Assembly: GCA_965208575.1 (NCBI GenBank) | Contig: CBDBOV010000006.1 | Location: 864,001-928,000 of the forward strand | Direction of reading: 5' to 3' | Length of the DNA: 64,000 nucleotides | Source of the DNA: Spirochaetia bacterium | GTDB lineage: Bacteria; Spirochaetota; Spirochaetia; SZUA-6; Bin103 | Made by a program: the position numbers and the translations under genes | The notes under the pieces: model-generated | Databases searched by the model: none | Told to the model about the DNA's origin: nothing | What the model saw: the letters and a program-made list of their open reading frames with translations, nothing else | Shown here: in pieces, positions 47,496 to 57,319 of the stretch | How positions within the stretch are numbered: position 1 is the first letter of the stretch | Layout: the number at the start of each line of letters is the position of its first letter

Positions 47496-48103
47496 GCCGG
47501 AACATGGCCGCGAGCGTTGCAACCCGGACTGGCGACCAGCGCACGCACCACGACACCAGCGACGGTCGCGCGCGCGCCGCGACGGCCCCCTGCGCAGGTT
47601 CCCCACCGGGCGGGTGCACCGCTGCGTCGCCAGCCGTACGCCCGCCATGCCGGCGGGCGCACCACGTGCCCGCCTCTTGTGCGCCCTGCACTACCGGGCG
47701 GGCCGCTGCCGTTTCGCCCCGGGCATCCCAGGCCGGGTCGCATGCACGCACCACCGCAGTTTCCGGCTTACACCAGGATACCCGCCGGGCAGCCGACGGA
47801 TGGATACCGGCACGCCACGGCAGCGTGGACCGGCGCCGCGCGGCCGCTCCCGGCGCACACGCCGGTGCCGGGTGGACCGCCGCCGGCTCAGCACGGGCCC
47901 GCTCCACCTCGGCGGACGCACGTTCGTCCCTGGTGTCCGGCTCGCACGCACGTTCCGCCCCAGCGCCCGCGGCGCCGGCGCAAAGGGACGATCGCCTGCG
48001 CTACGGCAGGATCGGCTCAGCGGGAGCGGGGAAGGACGGTGGCCGCGATGCGCCGGGCGCGCAACGATCCGCCGCACCGGCGCCGGCGGCGACCCTGCGG
48101 CGC

Positions 48104-49429
48104 ATGGGACCGCGCGCGGGCGGCGCCCTGGACCACGTTGTGCGGGATGCCGCGCGGCGGGTGCTGCACTACTACCCGCTCACCCTGCTCGGCACCGCCC
48201 TGGCGGCGGCGGCGGTGTACCTGCTGGGCAGCGCCTTTGCGAGCGGATCGCCGCACGAGTTTCTGCTGTCGGTGACCGGGTTCCTGGTTCTGCTGGTGCT
48301 GGCCGGGCTCGGGCGGCTGCAGGCGTACCGCTTCAAGCTGGTGGAGTTCGAGTGGGACAGTTCGGCTCCGTTGGGCGCGCGCGAGTATGGCGCCCAGCAC
48401 CGGCTGCGCACGCGCGCGGCGAAGAGCTGGCTGTTCTACCGCATCCACCTGCGCATCGCCTGGCGCCTGCAGGCGGGCCGGCGCGCGGTGCTGCGCGGCT
48501 ACCGCGAGGCGGCCACCTCCGGCGGCGAGGCGGCGATCGCGCTCTGGTTTCCGTGCAGCGGCGTGCTGCAGATGACCGGGCGGTTAACGGTGCGCGACGT
48601 GTTCGGCCTGACGCGCGCACAGATCCGCCCCCCGGAACGGCGCGCGCTGGTGGTGCGGCCGGGGCTGCTCGCCGAGCAGGCCACGCCTCCGGTGGAGATC
48701 TCGGCCGGCTTCGACACCACGCAACGCGCGCAGACCTCCGACGAGGAACAGTACTTCATGCGCGAGTACATTCCCGGCGACCGCTTGAAGGACATCAACT
48801 GGAAGGCGACCAGCCGGCTCGGCGAGCTGATCACCCGTATTTCGCCGATCACCCAGGAACAGACCCAGGAGCTGCACGTGGTGCTGCGCCGCTACCGGCG
48901 CCGCGGCGGCGAGACCCTGGCCGCGGTGCTGCACCTCGACTTCATCAAGAGTTGGCTGCTTACTTTCCTGCGCGTGGTCAAGCAGCACCACCCCGAGTAT
49001 GTTTTCATAGTGGACAGCGGCGGGGAAATCCACCGGGTCGATTCGGCGGACGACATCGAGCGGCTCGCCCGCCGGCTCGCCGAGCTGCCGCTGACCTCCG
49101 AGCTGCCCGCCGCGGACGACGCTCAGGCGCGCGAGCTGTTCATCTTCTCCACCGTGTTCGACGAGGACCTGCCGCGCTTCGTGGAGCGCAGCGGCGCCGC
49201 GTACGTCAACGTGTTCCGCAGCGTGCCGGGCGGGCGCGGCGGCGAGGATGAGCCGGACCCGTACCGGATGAGCGTGTGCGATACGCCGCTGCCGACCTGC
49301 GCCGGCGGCGGCTGGCTGCTGGCCCGCGAACGGCGCGTGCGCATACCGCAGGCGGTCGCCGGCCGGCAGCCGGGGATGCGCGAAGAGCAGCCGCTCAAAG
49401 TGAGTTACCTGTGCACCTCCTCTTCCTGA
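48104..49429 (+). CDS. DUF58 protein (start uncertain; frame also open from 47504)
   Basis: RDVFGL and MREYIPGDRLKDINWKATSR; lies between moxR and the transglutaminase gene. Confidence 0.8.
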   Translation: MGPRAGGALDHVVRDAARRVLHYYPLTLLGTALAAAAVYLLGSAFASGSPHEFLLSVTGFLVLLVLAGLGRLQAYRFKLVEFEWDSSAPLGAREYGAQHRLRTRAAKSWLFYRIHLRIAWRLQAGRRAVLRGYREAATSGGEAAIALWFPCSGVLQMTGRLTVRDVFGLTRAQIRPPERRALVVRPGLLAEQATPPVEISAGFDTTQRAQTSDEEQYFMREYIPGDRLKDINWKATSRLGELITRISPITQEQTQELHVVLRRYRRRGGETLAAVLHLDFIKSWLLTFLRVVKQHHPEYVFIVDSGGEIHRVDSADDIERLARRLAELPLTSELPAADDAQARELFIFSTVFDEDLPRFVERSGAAYVNVFRSVPGGRGGEDEPDPYRMSVCDTPLPTCAGGGWLLARERRVRIPQAVAGRQPGMREEQPLKVSYLCTSSS

Positions 49430-51927
49430 CCCGGCTGCTGGTGTACGCGCTGGCGGTGGCGATGCCGCTGGTGCACCCGGCCGTCACGGTACCCTACGAC
49501 CGCGCCGGCTACCTGGTGTGGTTCGCACTGGTGCCGCTGGAGATGCTGCTGGCCTATTCGCTACGCCACGCCGCCACCGGCAGCACGCCGATTCTCCGCC
49601 GCGGCCGGCTGGCCCGCTTCGCCGCCCGCACGCGCGGCTGGCTGCGCCCGCCCCACCTGCTGGCCGCTGCCGGCCTCGCCGTGGTGGCGGCAATCGCGTT
49701 CGGCACCGGCTTCGACAGCGCAGCGCGGCTGGTGGCCGGCGCCGGCGCCGGCGCCTTCCTGCTCACCCTGCTGATCTTCGGCTCGCGCGAGTACGGCCAC
49801 ACCATCGCCGCCGCCGAGCTGTTCTTCATCGGCTACATCTACGTCAAGATGCTGCGCTTCTCGCGCGCGTCGGCGGAGATCTCGGGAGCCAGTTCGCTGC
49901 TCACCACGGTGATCCTGCTGGTCGCCATCGGCGGCTTCCTGCTGCACGGCATCGTGATCTACCAGGCCGCGTTCCCGAACCGGCGCCCGGGCACCGGGCG
50001 TGCCGAGGACCGCCGGCGCGGGCGCCGGGAGGTAACCCTGTTCGCGTCGGTCATCATCCCGCTGATCATCGTGCTCGCCATCATCCTGCCGCCCGACTTC
50101 GTCGAGCACCGCATCGCCTTCAACGAGCTCAACGAGCTGCCGCCGTCGCCGCCGGTGCCGGTCGACGACTTCAGCACCGCGCCGCCGGGCGGCAACCTGC
50201 GCGGCGACCAGCAGTTCGAGCCGCGCGACAACCAGGGCGGCGGCGGCCAGGGCGACCAGCAGCAGAACCAGCAGGACGGCGAAGGCGAGGGGGAAACCGG
50301 ACAGATGCCGGGCCTGGTGGGCATCCCGGCGCGCGAGTGGGACCAGCGCAGGCAGCCACAGCAACCGCAGCCGCAACCGCAACCCCAGCCGAGCCAGGGA
50401 CAGGGTCAGGGGGAGACCGATGGCAGCGGCGGCGGCAGCACCGGCGAGCAGGGCCAGTCGGGCGGCGGCTCCGGCCAGCCCAACGACCAGAACCAGGGCG
50501 AGACCGGCGAGGAGGGCGACGGCAACCAGGACAGCGGCGACGGTGAGGGCGAGAACCAGCAGCACGCGGTGATGATCATCGCCAGCGAGCACGATCCCGT
50601 GTACGCCGCCGACGGCTACTTCGGCCTGTTCGACGGCACCCTCGGGTTCTCGTACTCGCGCGACGAACCGCTCAACGAGCTGGTGTACCGCCGCCTGTTC
50701 GAGACCTGGGAGGATCCCGCACCGCCGCGCGAGCTGGGCCGCAGCCCGCTCGAGCACGGCTTCTTCTCCACCATCCCGGAGCGCGTCATGCCCTACCGCC
50801 CGCTGGCCGTGGAGCCCACCGTGCAGCAGCGCCGCTATCACCCGTTCGATCTTTCCTACCGGGTGCTCTCGCAGGTGAGCACCGCCGGCCCGCCCGGTTG
50901 GAACCAGGCGCGCCCGCTGTCCGACCGCGAGCGCGCGCGCATGAGCGACTTCCTGGAGGTGCCGCTGGACGCCGAGCAGCGGGCGCGCTTCCAGGTCTAC
51001 CTCGACGAGGCGGTGAGCGATGCCGGAACCGACTTCGAGAAGATCGACCAGCTTATGCGCAGCTACGCCGACTACCAGTACGAGATCGGCTTCACCGACG
51101 ACGTCTCGATCGCCCACGTCGACAACTTCCTGTTCGAGACCAAGGCCGGCGACTGCACCGAGTTTTCCAACACCTCGGCGATCCTGGGGCGCATGCTCGG
51201 CATTCCGACGCGGGTGGTGACCGGCTGGCTCGGTTCCGAGTCGCTGCAGACCCCGCAGCACGCGCGCGGCGCCGCCATTCTGCGCCAGGCGATCGAGCCG
51301 CTGCAGGAACACCCGGTGGAGGACCTCTACCTGATCACCACCGCGCACCGCCACTCCTGGACCCAGTTCTGGCTGCCCGACTTCGGCTGGATCGACTTCG
51401 AAACCACCACCCACGCCAAGACGCCGCCGCCGGGCCAGGACGCCAACTCGCTGGACATCGTGATTCCGATCATCGAGGTGGAAGAGGTTCCGGTGCCGCG
51501 CGATTTCGTGTTCCCGTGGCGCTTCGCCCTGACCGTCCTGGGCACTCTGGCCGCGGCCGGCATCGCCGGCGCCTACGGCCTGCGCTACGGGCGCGAGGGC
51601 TGGCTCACGATGCGTGCCCGGCACACCGACGCCGGCGGCCTGCGCGCCCTCGGCAAGCTGCTGTACATGCGCATGGCCAGCGCCGGCTGCGCGCTCAAGC
51701 CGCACGCCCACACCGTGCAGGAGTACGCCCGGCAGTATCCCCAGATTGGCCGCTTCGCCGCCCTCTACACCATGCTGCGCTACCGCGCCGCCTTCGACCC
51801 CGGCGAACGCACCAGCACCTGGCAGGAGCTGCGCACCCAATACCAGGCCGCCCTCAAGGAAGTGCGCCCAGGCGGCATCCTCCCCCTCCTGCGCCGCACT
51901 TTCAGCCTGCGCGCCCTCTACTACTGA
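49411..51927 (+). CDS. Membrane transglutaminase-like protein
   Basis: N-terminal TM helices, Q/G-rich linker, GDCTEFS, GIPTRVVTGW, HSW, GWIDFETT. Confidence 0.88.
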   Translation: MHLLFLTRLLVYALAVAMPLVHPAVTVPYDRAGYLVWFALVPLEMLLAYSLRHAATGSTPILRRGRLARFAARTRGWLRPPHLLAAAGLAVVAAIAFGTGFDSAARLVAGAGAGAFLLTLLIFGSREYGHTIAAAELFFIGYIYVKMLRFSRASAEISGASSLLTTVILLVAIGGFLLHGIVIYQAAFPNRRPGTGRAEDRRRGRREVTLFASVIIPLIIVLAIILPPDFVEHRIAFNELNELPPSPPVPVDDFSTAPPGGNLRGDQQFEPRDNQGGGGQGDQQQNQQDGEGEGETGQMPGLVGIPAREWDQRRQPQQPQPQPQPQPSQGQGQGETDGSGGGSTGEQGQSGGGSGQPNDQNQGETGEEGDGNQDSGDGEGENQQHAVMIIASEHDPVYAADGYFGLFDGTLGFSYSRDEPLNELVYRRLFETWEDPAPPRELGRSPLEHGFFSTIPERVMPYRPLAVEPTVQQRRYHPFDLSYRVLSQVSTAGPPGWNQARPLSDRERARMSDFLEVPLDAEQRARFQVYLDEAVSDAGTDFEKIDQLMRSYADYQYEIGFTDDVSIAHVDNFLFETKAGDCTEFSNTSAILGRMLGIPTRVVTGWLGSESLQTPQHARGAAILRQAIEPLQEHPVEDLYLITTAHRHSWTQFWLPDFGWIDFETTTHAKTPPPGQDANSLDIVIPIIEVEEVPVPRDFVFPWRFALTVLGTLAAAGIAGAYGLRYGREGWLTMRARHTDAGGLRALGKLLYMRMASAGCALKPHAHTVQEYARQYPQIGRFAALYTMLRYRAAFDPGERTSTWQELRTQYQAALKEVRPGGILPLLRRTFSLRALYY

Positions 51928-52699
51928 CTCATGTTGACAGAGCGCTCCCGCAGAGCGCATAGTAGCCTCGATGCGAAACGAGCGTTCCACCCGATTCTGT
52001 GGAAACGCCGATTGCTCCGGCGATGTGTTCTCCAAGTGGAAGATGATTGGGTATTCGATTCCGTTTTCCGGTTTGATTTTGATTCCACAAGTGGTCCAGG
52101 ACATTCGCACACTGAGAACTACAAACCTTGATCTCGAACTTGGTGCAGGCATCATCGTGTTGCTGATCGTTTGGTTCGCCAGCGTTGCTATGGTGGCTCA
52201 CGAATAGACGAACCACTTTTTGACGCTAGTTCTGTCCAGCTTGGGCGCCCCGGCGTTCCTGCTTGGCCTCATGAATCTGTTTTCCCGCTGATGAGCGAGA
52301 GAGGAGTGTCTTGGTGCGTACAATGACCGTATTTGTGACTCTCTTGTTTGTCGGAGTGACATTGCACTCTCAGGATGGCCTCGCTGGTCTCGATGGATTC
52401 GCTCCGACCGGACAATCGTACATGATTGACGACTATACCGCGTGGCACTATACCGCGTGGCACAGATTCCGTGTCTTCGCGACAGCGATCGCTAGACCAA
52501 GTCGACTCTCCGATCTTCGCGCTGCATACGAGATCCCGGGCAGCGAATACATCAACTCGCCCGAATTCGACGCAAACAGATTTGCGCGGGACCTGGCCAA
52601 CATGAATGCTGTGGTTGGAGAGTATGGTGAGAGCGGTGACATCTTCCTTCCGTTTACGCCGAGTGACTACAACAACTGTAGTGTACAGTGTTGGGCTAA

Positions 52700-54678
52700 A
52701 CCGAGGTTTGAGAGGCCGTTCTTGTAACTGTTTCCTATTACAGGAATTAGCGTGTTCATGGGTGTAAATCGTGTCCATGTAAATAGTCCTGTGGTTCAGC
52801 GTTAATTTTCTCTCATCTGGTTGACATGTAATTATTAAATGATCTACCATTCCCTCCGTAGGGTGCCCATGTACATCGACACCGTCCCCAACCGCAACTC
52901 TCCCCCGGCCGTCCTCCTCCGCGAGTCCTTCCGCCAGCACGGCAAGGTCAAAAAACGCACCATCGCCAACCTCTCCAAGTGGCCCGATCACCTCGTCGAG
53001 GGTTTGCGCGTCCTCCTCAACGGCGGTATCGCTCTGCGCTCTCCCAACGAACTGCTCTCCATCTTGCGCAGCTATCCCCACGGCCACGTCGCCGCCGTCC
53101 TCGGTTCCCTCCGCAAGCTCTCCCTCCATTCCCTCGTCGCTCGTCCCGCCTCCCGTGAACGCGACCTGGTCGTCGCCATGATCGTCGCTCGCGTCGTCGA
53201 CGCTCGCTCCAAACTCGCCACCGCTCGCGGCCTGAACCCCGAAAGCGCCGTCTCCTCCCTCGGCCACCTGCTGCAGTTGGGAGCCGTCGACGAGAATGAG
53301 CTGTATGCCGCCATGGATTGGCTGCTCGCTCGCCAGCACGGCATCGAGCAGCGCTTGGCCAAGCGCCATCTGCATGACAACACGCTCATGTTGTACGACC
53401 TGACTTCCAGTTACTTCCATGGCCACACCTGCCCGTTGGCGCGCCGTGGTCACAGCCGCGACGGCAAACGCGGCACCTTGCAGATCGTGTTCGGCCTGCT
53501 GTGTACCGCAGACGGCTGTCCCATCGCCGTCGAGGTATTCGAGGGCTCCACCAGTGACCCCAAGACGGTCGCCGCTCAGGTCGACAAGATTCGCAACCGT
53601 TTCGGCTTGCAGCGCGTCGTGCTGGTCGGCGACCGCGGCATGCTCACCGGCGCGCGCATCCGCGAGGACCTGCAGGGGATCGACGGCCTGCGCTGGATCA
53701 CGACCCTGCGGGCGCCCACCATCCGCAAGCTGATCGAGGCCGGCGAAGTGGCGCAGACCATGTTCGACGAGCGTGACCTGGCGGAGATCAGCTCACCCGA
53801 GTTCCCCGGCGAGCGGCTGATCGTGTGCCGCAACCCGATCCTGGCCGAGCAACGGCAGCGCAAGAGGCAGAAGTTGCTGGCCTCCACGGAGGAGGAACTG
53901 ACGCCGATCGTGACGGCCACGCAGCGCGCCAAAAAGCCGCTGCGCGGCGCCGCCGCGATCGGCCTGCGGGTGGGCAAGGTGATCAACCACTACAAGGTGG
54001 GCAAGCATTTCACCACCACCATCACCGACGACTCGTTCTCGTTCGTGCGTGACCTGGACAAGATCGCGGCCGAGGAAGAACTGGACGGGCTCTACATCGT
54101 GCGCTCCAACGTGGAGCCGGAGCTGTTCGACGCCGAGCAGACGGTGACGGCGTACAAGGATCTGGCCAAGGTGGAGCGCGCCTTCCGCAGCATGAAAACG
54201 GTGGATCTGAAGGTGCGACCGATCTATCACCGCAGTGCTGACCGGGTGCGGGCGCACGTGTTCCTGTGCATGCTGGCCTACTACGTGGAGTGGCACATGC
54301 GCAGCAAGCTGGCGCCGGTGCTGTTCGACGACCACGACCGCGCCGCCGGCGAGGCGCTGCGCGAGTCGGTGGTGCAACCGGCGGAACGCTCACCGGCCGC
54401 ACACCGGAAGGCGGCGAGCAAGCGTACCGACGACGGTCTGCCGGTGCACAGCTTTCGCAGCCTGATGAGCGAGTTGGGGACGCTGACGGCCAACCGCGTG
54501 CGGATAGTGGATAGCGGCGCCACGTTCACCATGCACAGCGAACCGACCGCGCTGCAGCAGCGCTGTTTCGATCTCCTGGAGGTCAGCGCCCAAGTGTAGC
54601 CAGTAACGGACATCGGCTGTTGAGCGCAATTTTCAGATCAATAACGAATTAACAAGATTCCCGCTCTGGAACTTCGGG
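52700..54678 (+). mobile_element. IS1634-family insertion sequence
   Basis: Imperfect TIRs accgaggtttgagag / cccgaagttccagag (rc); CTAA duplicated at 52696-99 and 54679-82. Confidence 0.85.
52869..54599 (+). CDS. IS1634-family DDE transposase
   Basis: Motifs VLLRESFR.GKVKKRTIANLS, LYDLTSSYF, GHSRDGK, VGDRGM, VERAFRSMK, RPIYHR. Confidence 0.93.
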   Translation: MYIDTVPNRNSPPAVLLRESFRQHGKVKKRTIANLSKWPDHLVEGLRVLLNGGIALRSPNELLSILRSYPHGHVAAVLGSLRKLSLHSLVARPASRERDLVVAMIVARVVDARSKLATARGLNPESAVSSLGHLLQLGAVDENELYAAMDWLLARQHGIEQRLAKRHLHDNTLMLYDLTSSYFHGHTCPLARRGHSRDGKRGTLQIVFGLLCTADGCPIAVEVFEGSTSDPKTVAAQVDKIRNRFGLQRVVLVGDRGMLTGARIREDLQGIDGLRWITTLRAPTIRKLIEAGEVAQTMFDERDLAEISSPEFPGERLIVCRNPILAEQRQRKRQKLLASTEEELTPIVTATQRAKKPLRGAAAIGLRVGKVINHYKVGKHFTTTITDDSFSFVRDLDKIAAEEELDGLYIVRSNVEPELFDAEQTVTAYKDLAKVERAFRSMKTVDLKVRPIYHRSADRVRAHVFLCMLAYYVEWHMRSKLAPVLFDDHDRAAGEALRESVVQPAERSPAAHRKAASKRTDDGLPVHSFRSLMSELGTLTANRVRIVDSGATFTMHSEPTALQQRCFDLLEVSAQV

Positions 54679-54827
54679 CTAAAGCGCTGCAAAAATTGCA
54701 GGAGTCTAGTTCCAACAACCCATGGTACGTACTGAGCTTCGATAGGGCCGGCGACTACGGGTCCGACGATCTGCGCGAGTTAATTGTCGATACAAACTCA
54801 TTCGTCCGTGACCCGTGACGGCGGACA

Positions 54828-55070
54828 AGCCCGCGCCAGCAGCTCCGCCGCTGACAGCGTTCTGGCGGCCCGCCTCCACTCTCCGAGCACCACGTCGCGG
54901 TTCACAGCACGGATACCGCGTCGCGCTCGACAGCCCGCTGGAACGGAAATCCCCTTTCCTTCCTGTGCTGCCACTCGTCGTGCGTGTAGGCGAAGATCGA
55001 CGGCGCGGCCCAGGATGTCGCGGCGAGGTCATAGCCGATGTCGCGGAGCGCATTACTACTGAGTCCCAGT
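54828..55070 (-). pseudogene. Junction remnant of an MNT-HEPN toxin-antitoxin pair
   Basis: LRDIGYDL..PSIFAYT..EW..PFQRAVERDAV* overlaps (GTGA) MNRDVVLGEWRRAARTLSAAELL; both are truncated. Confidence 0.55.
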
Positions 55071-55071
55071 C

Positions 55072-55158
55072 GCCTGGTCCGAAGAAGCCGGCCCGCAGCC
55101 GATGCTTCGGCATCGGTATTCATCGTCTTCAATGTCACGGAGTGACCGTACAGCCTCA
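55072..55158 (-). mobile_element. 81-bp element copy R3
   Basis: Near-identical to R1; lies directly after the dppC stop. Confidence 0.75.
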
Positions 55159-55159
55159 G

Positions 55160-56110
55160 CTATACCGGCTTGGCGGCGTCGGCGCCGTAGCGGCCGAGGC
55201 GGCCGCGCAGCCGCGGGTCCAGCAGGTCGCGTACCGCGTCGCCGAACATGTTGAGGCTGTAGACGACCACGGTCAGGCACAGCCCCGGCCACAGCGCCAG
55301 GTGCGGCGCCATCTCCATGTACTGCCGCCCCTCGCGGCTCAGCATACCGCCCCAGCTCGGGATGTCCGGCGGCAGGCCGAAGCCCAGAAAGCTCAGCGCC
55401 GCCTCCGACATGATCACCCCGCCGACGTTGATGCTGAAGATGATGATGATCGGCGCCGCGATGTTGGGCAGCACGTGGCGCAGCAGCGAGCGCCGGCGCG
55501 AGCTGCCGATCGCCTGCGCGGCCTGGAAATAGGCGTTCTCCTTCACCCCCAGCACCGCGCCGCGCACCACCCGCGATGCCGGGATGCCGCCCGACACGCC
55601 CAGCACGATGATGATCTGCGGCAGGCCGCGGCCGGCTATCGACATGATGGTGAGCAGCAACAGCAGCCCCGGGAACGCCATCCAGGCGTCGACGAAGCGC
55701 TGCGTCACCAGGTCCAGACGACCGCCGATGAAGCCGGTGGTGCCGCCGATCAACACCGCCACCACGACGGTGAGGGCGGTGGCGGCCAGCCCCACCGACA
55801 GCGACAGCCGCGCCCCGTGGATGAGGCGGCTCAGCAGGTCACGCCCGACGTGGTCGGTGCCCAGCAGGTACGCGGCCGAGGGGGCCTGCAGGCGGTCGCG
55901 CAGGTGGATCTCCTCGAAGCGGTAGGGCGCCAGCGAATCGGCGAAGATGCTGACCAGCACCAGGAACAGGATGACGATGCCGCCGGCGGTGCCCAGCGGC
56001 TGTTCACGGAGCAGCCGGGCGAAGAAACGCCGCGCTCCCGCGTGCCCGGGCGCAGCCGCCCCGGTGGCCGGCTCGGCGCCGGCCGGAGTGATCTGTGATA
56101 CGTCACCCAC
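55160..56110 (-). CDS. DppC-like ABC permease
   Basis: Motifs LGTDHVGRD, EAALSFLGFG. Confidence 0.93.
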   Translation of the reverse strand: MGDVSQITPAGAEPATGAAAPGHAGARRFFARLLREQPLGTAGGIVILFLVLVSIFADSLAPYRFEEIHLRDRLQAPSAAYLLGTDHVGRDLLSRLIHGARLSLSVGLAATALTVVVAVLIGGTTGFIGGRLDLVTQRFVDAWMAFPGLLLLLTIMSIAGRGLPQIIIVLGVSGGIPASRVVRGAVLGVKENAYFQAAQAIGSSRRRSLLRHVLPNIAAPIIIIFSINVGGVIMSEAALSFLGFGLPPDIPSWGGMLSREGRQYMEMAPHLALWPGLCLTVVVYSLNMFGDAVRDLLDPRLRGRLGRYGADAAKPV

Positions 56111-56130
56111 GGGCTCTCCTCATTGCATTC

Positions 56131-56217
56131 GCCTGGTCCGAAGAAGCCGGCCGGCAGCCGATGCTTCGGCATCGGTATTCATCGTCTTCAACGTCACGGA
56201 GTGACCGTACAGACTCA
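56131..56217 (-). mobile_element. 81-bp element copy R4
   Basis: Begins at the TGA stop of dppB. Confidence 0.75.
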
Positions 56218-57168
56218 TTCGTAGCGGATCCGCGGGTCCAGCGACGCGTACAGCAGGTCGGTCAGCAGGTTGACCGCCACCACCACCGTGGCGAAGAACA
56301 GGTTCACCGCCGACACCACCGGGTAGTCGCGCTCGTTGAGCGCGTCCAGCATCAGCCCTCCGAGCCCCGGCAGGTTGAAGATGTTCTCGATGATCACCGA
56401 GCCGCCCACCAGGATCGGTAGCTGCATGCCCACCAGCGTCACCACCGGGATGATGGCGTTCTTGACCGCGTGGCGCAAGATCACCGACCGCTCCAGCAGC
56501 CCCTTGGCCCAGGCCGTGCGAATGTAGTCCTGGCGCAGCACCTCCAGCATCATGGTGCGCGTCATGCGCATGGTGCTGGCCGCCAGGTAGGTGCCCAGGA
56601 TCAGGCTCGGGATCAGGAACATGCCGAGGTTGCCCAACGGGTCCTGGGCCAACGGGACCAGTTCCATCGGCGGCGACCACGCCCACCAGATGGCGGGATA
56701 AATCATCACCATCGTTCCCAGCCAGAAGTTGGGTGTTGCCAGCCCCATGATGGCGACCGACCGCCCCACGTAGTCGGCGGCGGTGTACTGGCGCACCGCC
56801 GAGTAGATGCCCACCGGCAGCGCGATGACCAGGCCGATGACGATGGCCAGCACGCCGAGTTCGACCGTGACGGGCAGTCGTCCCAGCATGCGCTCCTCGA
56901 TGCGCCAACCGCCCATCATTGATTCCCCGAGGGTGCCGCGGAGGATGCCACCGATCCAGCGGCCGTACTGCACGTGCACCGGCAGGTCCAATCCCAGCAT
57001 GCGCTCGACCGCTTCACGGTCAACTCCGCCCTCCCACCATTCCGCCCTGCCCGCCATGACATCTATGACGTCGCCGGGGATGAAGCGGACCGAGAGAAAG
57101 ACCAGGATGGTCAGTATGAACAGGGTGGGAATTGTCAGCAACAAGCGCCTGATGATATAGGCTTTCAT
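56215..57168 (-). CDS. DppB-like ABC permease
   Basis: Motifs MKAYIIRR, RFIPGD, DYIRTAWAKG. Confidence 0.93.
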   Translation of the reverse strand: MKAYIIRRLLLTIPTLFILTILVFLSVRFIPGDVIDVMAGRAEWWEGGVDREAVERMLGLDLPVHVQYGRWIGGILRGTLGESMMGGWRIEERMLGRLPVTVELGVLAIVIGLVIALPVGIYSAVRQYTAADYVGRSVAIMGLATPNFWLGTMVMIYPAIWWAWSPPMELVPLAQDPLGNLGMFLIPSLILGTYLAASTMRMTRTMMLEVLRQDYIRTAWAKGLLERSVILRHAVKNAIIPVVTLVGMQLPILVGGSVIIENIFNLPGLGGLMLDALNERDYPVVSAVNLFFATVVVAVNLLTDLLYASLDPRIRYE

Positions 57169-57171
57169 GTG

Positions 57172-57258
57172 CTCAGGTCCGAAAAAGCCGGCCGGCGGCC
57201 GATGCTTCGGCATCGGTATTCATCGTCTTCCCTGTCACGGAGTGACCGTACAGACTCA
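57172..57258 (-). mobile_element. 81-bp element copy R5
   Basis: Lies between the post-SBP hairpin and the dppB start. Confidence 0.75.
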
Positions 57259-57319
57259 ATGACATCGTGTGTCGGAGCTGGGCGGCTCGAGCCGCCCAGC
57301 TCACAAGGGATGAAACCCG

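Larger units (their letters stand above)
52311..54818 (+). pseudogene. Small secreted-like protein gene split by IS1634
   Basis: Removing the IS and one CTAA joins ...CWAK to ALQKLQE...FVRDP* in frame. Confidence 0.6.

Noticed and set aside
45851-49429. 1192-aa ORF as one giant protein
   Set aside because: Its N-terminal part overlaps the true moxR frame and a repeat; only the C-terminal DUF58 portion is credible.
49561-52155. 864-aa minus-strand ORF and similar long antisense ORFs across the window
   Set aside because: These are shadows of well-supported genes, expected at this GC content.
51971-52207. 78-aa hydrophobic ORF
   Set aside because: No motif or clear start signal; it may be a fragment but cannot be supported.
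55072-57258. Integron attC cassette array
   Set aside because: No GTTRRRY/RYYYAAC core sites and no integrase; the genes form an ordinary ABC operon.
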